Program-made: the position numbers and the translations under genes
Source of the DNA: Lama guanicoe
Taxonomy: Eukaryota
Assembly (NCBI GenBank): GCA_013239625.1
Contig: MU055785.1
Coordinates: 13,241,861-13,305,860 of the forward strand
Direction of reading: 5' to 3'
DNA: 64,000 nt
In this document: positions 38,600 to 50,929 of the stretch, one piece after another
How the letters are laid out: every line of letters starts with the position of its first letter
How positions within the stretch are numbered: position 1 is the first letter of the stretch
Notes under the pieces: generated by a model
Database searches by the model: none
Told to the model about the DNA's origin: nothing
Seen by the model: the letters and a program-made list of their open reading frames with translations, nothing else

Positions 38600-39470
38600 G
38601 AGAGTTCTTTGAGTTACATGTGACAGACCACCCAACCCAAATTGGCTTAAGCACAATGAGAGCTTCACTGGCTCATGTAACTTCAAAAGTTTAGAAAAGT
38701 GTTTCTCAAGCGTTAATGTGCGTGTAGGTCACCGGACGATTCTTCTCGAATGCAGATTCTCATTTACAAGGTTAGGTGATTTTTTATTTATCACTGAAGT
38801 ATAATCAGTTACAATGTGTCACTTTCTGGCATATGGCACAATGGGTTGGGTAGTTTTTGTGTGTGTGTATATATATATATATTTTTTTTATTGAAATATA
38901 GTCAGTTTACAATGTTGTGTCAATTTCTGGTGTACAGCACGGGCGCTTCGGTCATACATGAACATACATATATTCATTTTCATATTCTTTTTCACCATAA
39001 GTTACTACAAAATATTGAATAGAGTTCCCTGTGCTCTACAGTAGAAACTTGTTGTTGATCTATTTTATATATATTAGGGGGTATTTTTAAAGCTCATAAG
39101 TTATGTCACTGCCGCTGGTCAGCAGACCACACGTTGAGGACTAAGGATGCAGGTGTGCAAATGATGTCATCCCGGAACATCGTGTCCCCTTCTCAGCATT
39201 GTGTTCCTCTTGGTTAGAGCCACTATCTGGGAGGTTCTGTCCTCAAGGTGGCTGCTGGCAGTGCCACATAACATTTTCATAGCATCGCACCCAGAAGGAA
39301 AAGAGTGAAAGGCTCCTTGCCAATCACCCAAGCAAACTCCTGGGACTGACTCTGATTGGATCTGATTGGCTTGGCTTGGGTCACGTGTCCAGCCTAAAGC
39401 CAATCACAGAAGCCAAAAGAAAGTGATGCCCTGATTGGCTGGGCCTGGGGAGCACCTCCCCCTGGAGCAC
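38600..39470 (-). mobile_element. Old MLT1 (J/K-like) LTR containing a nested MER5A-like MITE and an L1 fragment
   Basis: agttacatgtgacagaccacccaacccaaattggcttaagc...ggctcatgtaact at the start; resumes after ~39145 with tcaaggtggctgctggcagt...tctgattggcttggcttgggtcacgtgtcc...ccaatcac. Confidence 0.6.
38780..39075 (-). mobile_element. L1 3' end fragments (artiodactyl-type L1 3'UTR)
   Basis: ttttttattgaaatatagtcagtttacaatgttgtgtcaatttctggtgtacagca...gttccctgtgctctacagtagaaacttgttg. Confidence 0.75.
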
Positions 39471-39684
39471 GTTTGGAATCAGACTGAGAGCTGATAGGCA
39501 TGGTGCACGATGGGAAAATCTGTCTTCCACTGAAAGAGGGGGAAATGGACACTAGTCAGACACAAACAACAGATGTGCGCTACAGAAGGTATTCCGTACC
39601 ACGGGGATTTGTTACTACTCTGAGGCTGGGGAGGGACTTCTCTTGACTCTTCTTGTCCCAGAAAAGGCATCGACAATCTATGAT

Positions 39685-39878
39685 CCATAGGCCAAGGTCC
39701 GTCTGCTGCCTATTTTGGTTCGCCATGCAAACTAGGGATGGCTTTCACATTTTCAAAGAGCTGCATTTTGAACAGTTATGTAAGTAGCTTCTAGATATGG
39801 TCAGTTTTGCCTCTTGGCTTACAAACCCCCAAATATTTTCTCTCTGGCCCTTTAGAGAGAAAGTTTGCAGACTTCGGT
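39685..39878 (-). mobile_element. MER58-family hAT MITE
   Basis: Ends in aaatattttctctctggccctttagagagaaagtttgcagac, the reverse complement of the MER58 5' terminus. Confidence 0.6.
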
Positions 39879-40829
39879 CACAGGACACCAACATCAGTTC
39901 TAGGGCCTGGCTCCTACCCTACCTGTCCCAAAAAGGTGGGACATCCAGACCCTGTGAAAAGTGAAGTCATCATAAGCATATGAGATACTATTCGGACCAG
40001 CATTTCAGGGAACCGCAAGACAGCCCTCTCTGAAGCAAGGCATTATCGTTGTGTATTGTTCCTGTGATACCTTTAAGGTACAATTAAATGACTACTCCTG
40101 TCCCATCCAGAATCCCTTTGTTTGCAAATAGCTGTAAATGAATTCAAACCGGCTTCACCTGAAAGGTCACTGAGCGGCTCACATCTGCACGGAGTGAGCT
40201 CGGAGTTCCGATGGCTGGATTTAAGAGCTCAAAGGATGTCATCATTTCACGTCTCTCGAATGTACAGCTTGACCTCAATTCTGCAAAGCAGTATGGACAA
40301 TTAGGAGCGCTCCTAACAAGCAGACAATAAAAGAGGCGGTTTGGAGGAATTTCTAGTCTCTTCTGTATTTTCCAAGTTTTTTTTTTCCTAGAATGAACTT
40401 TTGTATATTTATAAGCAGCCGAAACGTAAACTTTTATTGGAAGGAAGTAGCAAATAGACTAGAAGATGAGAAATTTAAATAATAATAATAAAAAAATAAC
40501 TGAGCAAGAAGCAAATCCTTGTTCCCTGTTAGCAGCCACTGAAGCAACGGGTCGGTCTTGAGAAAAGTTAATTCCCCGAATTGTTGTTCATTCTAAAGAA
40601 AAGCAAACTGCAGAAAGGCAAAACGGAGGCTGTCCGGATGGGAAGTGGGCCTCGCTGGGGAAGTTCTCGCCTTCAAATCAGGCCTTCTCAAAGCCCGTTC
40701 CTAAATCCAGGAAGAAAGCCGTGGATCCATCGATGTGATGTTCGGTTCCCTTCTGTCTCACTCAGCAGCAGCTCCGACCCCCAGGAAGTAAACGAGAGGG
40801 AGGGAACAGAGCACAGGGCCTCAAGTCTC

Positions 40830-41450
40830 CAGCCGAGTGGCCCCTCGGGGCGGGAGCCACCTGAATCCCACTGCGGCCCCCCCCCCAGCACTGCCCAGTG
40901 TGGAGGACGGGGACCCTCAAAGCGGCCATTTGCCCGCCCCTCTGTCAGGCGTGCGGGGCCCAGCCCCACGGCCTCCGCGCATCTCCCACGCCTCCAGGCC
41001 CCGCCCCCTGCTCTCACCGCGCCCAATCAGCGGGGGAGGGCGGGGCCTGGCTGCGAGGACCACGGGCGCCCCAGGGCGGCCTGGGACCAGCCTCCCCGCG
41101 GAGACAAAGGCGCGTCTTAAGCTCTCGGGGTTCAGTTCTTCTTTGACGTCAGCATAAAGTACTCACGTTGCAGCTGAAACTCCACGAGCCGAGGCCAGGC
41201 GCAGCCCTGTGCGTGGAGTTCCTGCATGTTGTCTGCGGGGCTGCTGGCCCCTTTTCAAGAACGAAAAGGCGCAGAGTCCACTGGAGCGCACCCTGGTGGG
41301 CGGGCGCTGCGGGGGTGCCTCGTGGGCGATCCTGGGAAGTCAGCTGCGAACAGACAGGGCTTGCCCTCGTGGGGCTGACACCCAGTGGCCGCTGGGGGGA
41401 CAGACAGACGGCAGACAGGACCGGGTGGTGATGGAACGCTGTGACGACGA
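40830..41450. promoter_or_regulatory. Intronic CpG-rich region with promoter-type motifs
   Basis: High GC and CpG density. GC box ccccgccccc at ~40999-41008, CCAAT at 41023-41027, gggcggggc at 41038-41046, CRE TGACGTCA at 41144-41151. Confidence 0.45.
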
Positions 41451-41675
41451 ATAATGCAGGACAAGGGGGAGCTCTTAGCAGTGTAACCGGTTTCCAGTCC
41501 TGTTAGTGGCTCAGAGTTTCTCCCTGCCCTTTATTTAAAAATAAAACACTAAATGCTACGCCAGAGAGGACAGGAACGTGTGGTTTCAGCAGGTATAGGA
41601 AGGAGCCTTTTGCCCCAAGACTGACTTAAACCTGGATTGACTTGCCTGGGAGGTGGCAAGGTTTACCCGGAATTT

Positions 41676-41818
41676 GGGTGGGTTTTTTTTTTTTTTGCAG
41701 GGAAGTTAATTAGGTTTAATTGATGAATTAATTAATTTTTAATGGCAGTACTGAGGATTGAACCCAGTACCTTATGCATGCTAAGTATATGCTGTACCAG
41801 TGAGCTGTACCCTCCCCC
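41676..41818 (-). mobile_element. Camelid tRNA-derived SINE (Vic-1-like) with perfect 12-bp target-site duplication
   Basis: Reverse complement reads GGGGGAGGGTACAGCTCACTGGTACAGCATATACTTAGCATGCATAAGGTACTGGGTTCAATCCTCAGTACTGCC...AAACCTAATTAACTTCCC...polyA, with Pol III A and B boxes. TSD tacccggaattt occurs at 41664-41675 and 41819-41830. Confidence 0.88.
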
Positions 41819-42340
41819 TACCCGGAATTTTGAAGAGTATCAAACGGCTATCATTTTTCACCTTTGCAAACTTAAGATGAAATCATTTTCCTTGACCCCT
41901 GAAACGTGGGGACTTGAGGGGTTTTTTTTTTCTGATTTAAGCTTTCAAAATTCCTAGAATGTGCCCATCTCTCTCTCTGCATAAAATCAAATTTCAAATA
42001 AAGTGGCTATCTCAAGGGCTGTTTAAAGGAGAAATTGCTACTTGTTCTCAAGCCTGCAAAGCGTTCGTCTTCATCTCTCTGGGATGCCATGGAGATTCAT
42101 TAAGGTTTGGAAGATCCCTGGAGCCACTGGGCAGAAAGTGCAGCTAGAGAGGAGTGTGGGGAAAGGGCCAGCAGTCCTGCGGTCCTCTGCCCTGCTCCGC
42201 CCTGCTCCGCCCTGCTCCCGGCCCCGGGGGCTGACCTGAGTAGGACTGCAGCCCCCAGCTTCCCTTGCCCTCTGGCTCCTGGTGGGACTTGGTCAGTGGG
42301 AGGCACCAAAAGAGACTGGACAGAGCAGAGAGAGAGTCAC

Positions 42341-42800
42341 TGTAGTGGGTTGAATTATGTCCCTGCCACAGACGTGTCCCTCCCACCCCATCCCACTCTC
42401 CCTACCCGCCTCATCCCTGACCCTGTGTCTATGAATGTGATCTTATTAGGATGTGGGATCTTTGCAAATGGGATTAACTTAAAATGAGGCCCTAAATCCG
42501 ATGACTGGCGTCCTTCCCAGGAGAGTGGGACTTGGATTTGGAGGAGACGGCATCTGAGGATGGTGGCAGAGCTTGGAGTGATGTGTCTACAGGCCAAGGA
42601 AAGCAGGCTGCCAGCAACCTACAGAATCTAGAACAGAGGCGAGGAAGGGTCTCCCCTAGCACCTTCAGGGGGAGCATGGCCCTACTGACACCTTTGATTT
42701 TGGACTTCCAACCTGTGGAATCACAGAGAATGAATTTCTGCTGTTTTAAGCCACCCAGTTTGTGGGACTTTGTTATGGCACTTCTTGGAACACTGATGCA
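42341..42800 (+). mobile_element. MLT1 (MLT1C/D-like) solo LTR
   Basis: tgtagtgggttgaattatgtccc...gatctttgcaaatgggattaacttaaaatgagg...gacacctttgattttggacttcc...ttttaagccacccagtttgtgggactttgttatggca. Confidence 0.8.
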
Positions 42801-44149
42801 TCCCTATCCCTCCCCCTCTCCCCCCATCCCTGCCCCTCCTCATCTTGCTGCCAGGGACATGGTCCTCTGCATACAGCTCCTGTCCTGTCAAGGAGTCTGT
42901 TTCCCATGGTTCTTCTCTCTCTGGGTACCAGCAACTGAGCTGTTTACTGCAGGCTCCCACCTGGAACAGGTGTCTGGGTGCTTCACCCTCCCTGGCTATT
43001 TCCTTTGATCCTGCCCTTAGCTCTGTCATCACACACTCTCCAGTCCAGCCCTTCTGAGTGGGCCATCTGTTTCCAGCCAGGGTCCTGAGGGATACATGCT
43101 CTCGGCTCTCCTTCCCAGAGAACACACCGCGATTATGCTCATTCTGTGTAGGGACAGGTTAAGGGGCCTCACTGGAGTATCTGAGCCCTGTGGTCAGATT
43201 TTTCCACCCAGTGGCATCCTGTGGTTACTTCTCTGCATCCTTCGCCATTGCTAAATTCAGAGAATCAGATGTGGGGAACGGAACGTGCGTTAGCAGGCCT
43301 GTGCACTGCAGAGATGCTGTTGGATCCGCTTGTCAATCTGCAAGTGATGGATGACTTAACTCTGCTGTGGGGTCCGTGGGGAGGCATGTTGGCAATATCC
43401 TGTGTTGGAGAGAGAGATGAAGGCAGGCACTTCAAAGAACCGAGGGACATCTCCTTTGACGGGGATTGGAGAATATTATTTTTTAAAAGACAATGAAAAA
43501 ATAATGTTTTATTGTTTTCCAAAAACACCCTGCCCTGATCTCATGCTCCCTCTCCAACTTGAAAATTCTACATTTGTAATTCTCCAGGAGTATTTTAAGG
43601 ATGACTCTGATGGTCTAGGCAACTGAAAAACATGTGCTCGGTTGAAAAATATCTCTCTGGGCAGAACAAGTGTTTCCTTGTCACGGCTGGGGATTTACTT
43701 TCGAATTAAATGTAAGACTAGCCCTCCCTCAGCTAACCAGTGCAGATTTGTGCCTAAAAAGTCGATCTGTGACTCACCAGAAGCTGTTTTGACTTGGTGG
43801 TAATGGTTTCGAGGTTGCTGATTAATTGTCCAATAAGTGGTACCTTCTCCACTGCCTGCCACGAAGAAGGTGCTCCAGAAAGGTGCTCATTATTGCCTTT
43901 CATATTCTCATCGTTATCTGATCTTGAGCCTCCCCATCAGTAAAAGGAAGGGGTGGGAATGAGAGATGGCAGGAGAGTTGGCTCGCAGGCCAGCTTGGTC
44001 TTCCTCTGCGCCCTGAATGTCAGTCGGAGCCTGCTTATTATGAGATGGAGGGAGGGAAAGCCGCAAGCCAGCTTCTCACTTTCCACAACGTCCACCTACC
44101 ACTGAGTTTGTTGTTTATTTAGTATTTTTCTCTAAGTAGAGAGCAGTAG

Positions 44150-44350
44150 AGGAATTGGGAGCTCAGCCATGGGAGCCAACTCTGTTGGCGTGAGTCCCAG
44201 CTCTGCTTCTGAATGACTGTGTGAACTTGGACAAGTGGCTTGACCTCTCTGGGCCTCAGTTGCCTTATCTGTAAAGTGGGGGTAAATATAATCACAGACT
44301 CATAGGACTGTTCTGAGAACTAAATGTTTTCAGAACTCCTTGCCTGGCCC
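44150..44350 (+). mobile_element. MIR SINE
   Basis: gagtcccagctctgcttctgaatgactgtgtgaacttggacaagtggcttgacctctctgggcctcagttgccttatctgtaaagtggggg. Confidence 0.8.
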
Positions 44351-45589
44351 TGTGACGCCTTCAGGAAGCGCTGGCTCTTTTGACTTGAACAGTTTCATGT
44401 ATGAGGCACCTACTGTGTGCCAGGCGTTGTTTTTGGGTTCTGTGATGCGCTACCCGCTCAGCGTGTTTGTCCTCGGTTCTCAGGACCGCGTGCCGAGCCC
44501 GCCCCCGATAGGCTCCGCGCCATGCCGGGCCTGCCTGGTCCCTGCGGACCCCTCGGCCCGGGGCTCCCGCAGCGCCCTCCCGAGCGCCCGCGGTGCCAGG
44601 CTAGCGGCCTTCAGCTGCGACGAAAGTACTTTCATCATTCCCTGACTTTCTCTTCCTCATGTTTTCATCTGTTTACATATTTATTTCCTGCCTCGAATAG
44701 CCCTTCTCCCATCTGGAATGCCGGCTCTGCGACCTCTGGGACTTCGACTCTGTTTGATTGTGGCCTTGAGTCCCTTACCGGTCCAGTTACTGCATATTCC
44801 ATCACATACTGTGCGCCGGGCTTCAAAGAACTGCCTGTCCCTGTGTCCGGCATCCTAGAGATGATCCTGCGGTGTCTCTTTGAATGTCCCCTGTGCTCCT
44901 GGGTCCCTCGCTCCCTCCAGCTGCCGCTAACCTAAGACGGCAAGTTCTGCGGTGCAGACACGCATCCGGTCAGTTCTGCCAAGTCTCAGTGCCCACCAGC
45001 CGAGGGGCCAGCCCACCATATCCTGGGAGTGCTGGCTCCTGGTCAGCTCCATGGGAAGGAAGCCAAGAATGGCCCGGAAACTACCGGACAGGCTAACAGC
45101 CAGCCTCTTGAAGACTCCAAGTGGCCAGTGAAATGCTCCAACAGGAATAATGGATGGTGGGCTCAGAATTCTCTCGTGTTGTCTCTCAGACAGCTCTCAG
45201 AGGCAGCCGCGCCTCCCCACCTTCCCAGCTGCTCACCTCTTCCAAGCCACCGTATCTCCCTGCTTCTGTCCTGACCCCCGACAGCCCAGTCCTCGCCTTG
45301 AAGCCTGACTAGATCTGTCTCCTCCAGGCTGCCACACATCTAACANNNNNNNNNNNNNNNNNNNNNNNNNNNNNNNNNNNNNNNNNNNNNNNNNNNNNNN
45401 NNNNNNNNNNNNNNNNNNNNNNNNNNNNNNNNNNNNNNNNNNNNNNNNNNNNNNNNNNNNNNNNNNNNNNNNNNNNNNNNNNNNNNNNNNNNNNNNNNNN
45501 NNNNNNNNNNNNNNNNNNNNNNNNNNNNNNNNNNNNNNNNNNNNNNNNNNNNNNNNNNNNNGAATGGAAGACAGAGAGAGAAAATTACA

Positions 45590-46145
45590 GTGGGCCTCAC
45601 CAGGGCTGAGACAGTCCTGAATGTCTGGCCCACAGCTACTCTCTGACCTAATGACCTTCCCTCCTCCCCTTCCACCACATTCCAGCCACAGGGCCTTTGC
45701 ACTTGCTGTTTCCTGTGTCTGGAGCCTCTCCCTCAGATTCCATACTGCATTTTCCCCCACATGAATCTGCTCAGGCTGATTCAGTGGCCTTATCACAACC
45801 CAGTGGCCCTCTCTGCTCTGACTGCCCTGATTTTCTTTCACAGTGTGACACAAAATCCCGAGTTTATTTGTGTGTTCATGGTCTGAATTTCCCCACTGGG
45901 ATGTCAGCTCCAAGAGGGCAGGGACCACTGTGTCAGCAGCATCTAAAGCAATGCCTAGCACATAGTAGGTGCTGAATAAGGAGCTGTCGATCGAATGAAT
46001 GAATGAATGACCCATTGAATCAGTCCTCGCCACCCAAGTGTAAGCTCCTCCATGTCAGGGACCCTTCTCTTTTCCATCATGTGGTCACCAGCACCTGGCT
46101 CTGCTCCGGCCAAAAGGACATTGCTCAGGAATACTTGTTGCCGAA
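45590..46145 (+). mobile_element. L2 3' fragment(s)
   Basis: ccacagggcctttgcacttgctgtttcc...gcctagcacatagtaggtgctgaataa...gaatgaatgaatgaat. Confidence 0.7.
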
Positions 46146-46344
46146 ATTTATCCAGCCTAAAGGAACATGTGTGCTTCTTTTTGTTGGGCGCATGGTTAGG
46201 GGGGCCAAGGGTAACATGAAATAACCATCGGCCTTTATTCTGTAGCCCTATGATTGGATCAGCACTTGGGGCAGGTGAGAGCATCGATCTGTGAATGAAT
46301 TAATAATTCATTTTCAGTCACTGTCATGCAAGACAGAAAAGGCA

Positions 46345-47156
46345 ACGTTTTCGAGGAGCGTGTGGTACAGAAGCCCTTGGGGGTCCCCGAGACCCTTTCA
46401 GGGAAGCTGAGACGAAAACCATTTTCATCATAATACTGTAATAGTTATTTACTGACATATAACAAGTTACCCCAAGATGTAGTGGCTTAAAATAGCAATA
46501 AAGAGCCAGGAATTCAGGACCAGCTCTGCTGGAGGTGGGGGGTGGGCAGTTCCGTCTCAAGGTCTTTCATGAGTTTGCAGTCGAGATGCTGGCTGGAGCT
46601 GCATCATCTGAAGGCTTGACCGGGGCTGGAGGGCATACCTCCAAGCGCCTCGTTTCCATGGCCGGCAGGTTAGATCCTCTCCAGTGGGTTGCTTGAGTGG
46701 CCTCCCAATGTGGCAGTTGGCTTCCCCCGGAGACCAGAGTGGAACAGCAAAGCCTTTTATGACAGCCTCAGTGATCACTCACCCTCAGTTCCCTATATTC
46801 TGACCCCATCAACCATCTCTGATTCGGTGTGGGATAGGATGACACACGGGCGTGGCTCCCAGGAGGCAAGGATTACTGGAGGCCGTTTGGAGAGACTGAC
46901 TCGCCAGATGCAATGACGTGATTTGCCCTTTTCGCTCTCTGTCACAAGCGCACAGTGGCACGGGACGGTGTCTTCCCTCTAACAGCTAATGCAAGGTGCG
47001 CTTTTGTCATCTTGAGTTTCCAGAAGTTCCGGTTTTAATTTCTAATACAATAAATAGCGCTCCGCACAACCTACGTAAGCCATAGCCCTTTGGGATCCTC
47101 AGTAATTTTTAAGACTGTAAAGGGACCCTGAGACCAAAAAGTTTGAGAGCCCCTGA
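46345..47156 (+). mobile_element. hAT-Charlie element interrupted by an MLT1 LTR
   Basis: 5' part ...gggggtccccgagaccctttcaggg...attttcatcataatact stops at ~46437 and resumes at ~46913 (atgacgtgatttgcccttttc). 3' terminus is taatttttaagactgtaaagggaccctgagaccaaaaagtttgagagcccctg. Confidence 0.65.
46438..46905 (-). mobile_element. MLT1 (ERVL-MaLR) solo LTR, MLT1F-like
   Basis: taacaagttaccccaagatgtagtggcttaaaatagcaat...gctggctggagctgcatcatctgaaggcttgac...gcagttggcttcccc...ccaggaggcaaggattactggaggcc. Confidence 0.7.
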
Positions 47157-49954
47157 CCTGGTAAGGAAGGCTGGGAGAGGTGGATACTAGAATAAAAATA
47201 CATGCTTAGGGAGAGGTGAATGCCAGACTTCGTCTTCCTGAGCAAGCAGTTCTTTACAAGTGTGCCAGTTAACCGTGAGCAGGGATTTTTATTCATTATT
47301 TATCTTTCCAACTAGAATCCTCTTCATGTGACTTTCCCTTCAAAAAAATCATGATTAATATTCCCAAGGCAATGGGAAAAGAGCCAAAAGGAGACGTCAA
47401 GCTACCTGTGTAGAGGCTTCATGGGCAGAATGACCTGTTGGTTCATTCCTTGAACAAACTGTTATTGGCTGTCCACAGTACGCCAGATGAATGTCCTAGA
47501 TTTTGAGTAACCAAAATAACCAAGGGTCCTGCTTACCTGCTACGTGAATTAACATGCCCTTCATTAATGACATCGGAAGGAAAAGAGGCTGGGCTGGGTT
47601 TAGAAGCCTGACTTCTCTGTCTTGGGAAAGATGCTGTGAAAATAACATGTGTGTTTCCTCTTCCTAATTTGTGTCCTAAGGGAAGATCCAAACCACTGGT
47701 CCAAGCAGAGTCTTCATGCAGATTAGAAAGAGGTTCCCCTCCATAAGACACTAGACTCCCCTCTGTCAGAAAATATATTATATCTCTGATGTGAACGGGG
47801 AGCCCTTGTGCAGTGTGAAACCTGCCCAACTGTACTTGGCAGCCCTACCTGGACTTACCTGCAAGCCAAGTAAAACCCACTTTCCTTAGTTACAGGGGAA
47901 GAGATGCTATCTAGCTGTTGTTCATTCTTTTGTCAGTTTTCCTTTCAACCTCATTTGAGGTTTTAGCACCAGACTAAGGGCTCTGATTTTCGCCTTGTCT
48001 GTGTCAAGAATCTAAAGTGACTGTTATTAGTGGCTTGAGGTTCTTGGTGTGCCTTTTACCTCCTTCCCTTCCAGAAGGGCCTTGAAAAGGTGGGATTTAT
48101 TAGAAAACTAGTCTATGAGAAGTTTATAATTCCTTTCCAGTGACTACTGTCAGGCAGTCCTGGCAGTGACGGCGTCCTCACTCTTGCTGATAAATGCCGG
48201 CTTGGGTGGGTGTACACTTCACCCACAAAAAGGATAAATGATCAAGTTACTCAGAGCAGGAACTTTAAACCCACTCACTCTCATCAGACCTGAAATTCAC
48301 TTACAAATGCGAATATTATCTCAGATGCCTGCTTGCATAATATTAAGAGATTCTAAATAACAAACTTTCTAAGATACTGCATTGTGTATGGAAGAAGAGG
48401 GGGAAAAATAGTTTTCCAAATGTTTGCAGAATCCTTGCTGTGCTCTAGTGCAGACGTCACTGACGCCAAATTCCCTGCATACTAAAATTTCTCGAGAATA
48501 AAAAATGAAAGGAATTGTTAATGGAAATTCATTTTCAAGAACCTTAGGTGGGTGCCGATTTGAATGAGAATTCATCTTGGTATTTTGCTTTATAAATTAA
48601 TATAAGAACATCTAGATGAAATGAGACTTTTTTTTGTCTCCAGCTGGAGTTTGCCGTGGAGTTTAAAAAGGTCAAAATCGGCACATTCATTTATTTTATT
48701 GAAAAGCGTTCCCTTTTGCCTTCCAAACACGCAGGTGAGAGGGTTCCAGCTTTCCCTTTGAGGGACCACCTACGACCAGGTTGCATATGAACCCCTGAGA
48801 TGGATCTCCATTAACTCAAAGCAACCTGCCGCGAAGGTGTAACCCCTCGCGGCTGCAGGCAAATATTCGAAGAGCCCCGGGCAGTTTGTAATTCTGTTTC
48901 TGACTCTAAAGAGAACTCCTGAGCCGCCGTGGCTGACCGAGCGGATACCGCTTACCCGGCGCACAGTCCTGCCGAGCCGCCTCCCTGCCCCAAGTCCTGC
49001 CCCAGGTGAGAGTTGCCCTTTGCTCACAGGTTATGGGAGAGCCCAAGGCTGAGGGCAGTAGTGCGTGCTTCCCGGGGTACGTTCAAGGGCCCCGGAAGCT
49101 GGGTCCAGCCACTTCCTGATGCTCCCCCAGAAACCCCCCTCCATCTCATCTCTGTTACTCCACTCACTCAGGGTGGACAGCCATCCTTCCTCCCTGTAGC
49201 CAATCCAGAGTCTGAGAGACCAGCTCAAAGGCTGTAGCTATGGTCTAAGGCTTTTTTGTTTTTACTGTAACCCTTCCAAATTACTCTTGCTGTCTGAGTT
49301 TTAGGGTGTCACCCCTATGCCCCTCTCCTCTCTGCGAAGAACTGGACTGGATGCCTTCCTTGGTCCTGTGAGTGGCCAAAGGCCACGGTGAGTCGTAAGC
49401 CCCTTCCCTGACATCTACTCAGCACTACAGTTTATACAGTACTTTCCCGAACTGGTCTTGTTTTATGTTCATCAGTGTCAGTCGTGGAAAATCCTCCGTA
49501 GAGGCAGACATCACCAGTGTCCCTCTGAAAATGCGGCCATGTGGTCCTGGGGACTCTAACCTGATAGGGTCAGAGGCAAAAACTAGCCAGACTCTTCAGA
49601 ATCTGTAGCCACCCCAGTTTGGTGAATTCGTGAGATCCATGTTTGCTGAATCACGCTGAGATTCATTTCTGTGATAATAATAGTTACCACCTCCTGAGGG
49701 CTGGCACTGTCCTAAGGACTTCATCTTCATCGCTTCATGTAATCCTCATGGCAGCTGCTTCGGCAATGTCTGAGCATAGATCATCTTCAGTTTATGGACA
49801 AAGAGCAGTGAGGCCGGTGGGCGGAGCTAACACTCCTGCAGTTACACAGCTTGGAAAGGGTGCAAACGGGGTTTGAACTCATCCAGTGTCTGTCTTCTTC
49901 ACCTTCACACTTTATGTGGAAAATATTTATGATAAAAGGGTACACAGGAGGAGG

Positions 49955-50118
49955 TGAATGATGGTGAAGCTGTTAATGATGGTGGTGGTGGTGATGATGG
50001 TGGTGATGGTGATGGTGGTGGTGATGGTGATGGTGGTGATGATGGTGGTGATGGTGGTGATGGTAATCGTGATGGTGACGGTGGTGGTGATGATGACGGT
50101 CTTGGTAATAGTGATGAT
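49955..50118 (+). repeat. Compound (GGT/GAT)n trinucleotide repeat
   Basis: About 160 bp of gatggtggtggtgatgatggtggtgat..., seen directly. Confidence 0.95.
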
Positions 50119-50335
50119 ATCATCTCTGAGAACAGGCAAAAGTCATATCTGATGAATAAGAAGGTTGGAGAAAGAGAATAATGTCTTTGATTCAAAAGGA
50201 GCTGTCAATTTATTGAAGAGATTTACTTCTTTCCTTCCTTGTGTTCCAAGTTCACTCTGACAGTAGTTCCCAAGGGTGAGCAGCGACAACATCTCATATG
50301 TGGGTTCCTCACAGGAGTAGATCGTGGCCTCCCTG

Positions 50336-50447
50336 TAGGGTGACCAGTCATCCCAGTTTGCTGGGACTGAGGAGGTTCCCAGGATATGGGACTTTCAGTT
50401 TTAAAACTGGGACAGTTTGGGCAAACCAGGATGAGCTGGTTTCTCTA
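50336..50447 (+). mobile_element. MER81-like hAT-Blackjack MITE, near full length
   Basis: tagggtgaccagtcatcccagtttgctgggactgag...aaaactgggacagtttgggcaaaccaggatgagctggtttctcta, with degenerate terminal inverted repeats. The 8-bp flanks cctccctg and cctcccaa look like a decayed hAT TSD. Confidence 0.8.
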
Positions 50448-50929
50448 CCTCCCAAACCGACTTTGTTGCCACACACAGGATGTGTATGGTCCACTGTCAT
50501 TATTTTAAGACCATCTCATTGCTTTATAAGCAGAGATTCTTAACTGGACAAAAGTCCTTTGTCTTAACGCAGCTGGAAAATGGATTTTGTTTGCAGTCCA
50601 TACATATCAGTTGGAAGATTTCACACAAATACGTTCTGATTCCTGACTTCTCTTGAAAGAATCAGAAGATCCGGCAAAAATCCGTGGCCCAGATTTTCAC
50701 GTGACAGCGGCTAGTGGAGTCCTTTGGACCCGCATAAACTAGGGTCTGCAAAAGTTTCTACCAAGTCTGTTTCATCCTTTTGTTTTGCCTGCCTAAACTC
50801 TGGAGGCATCTCAGCTGAAATAACGCACAGGATTTGCACAGTGCTCGGCGTTCAGGAAGTCCTCGGCTGTCCGCGTTTATGGTGCCTTCTTGGTAACTGC
50901 GTCTCTTCACCCAAGCGCACCGCAGCCGG

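Noticed and set aside
49905-50195. Low-complexity ORFs (poly-Pro/Ser, Thr/Ile, Gly/Asp, Val/Met)
   Set aside because: These are translations of the (GGT/GAT)n repeat, with no coding evidence.
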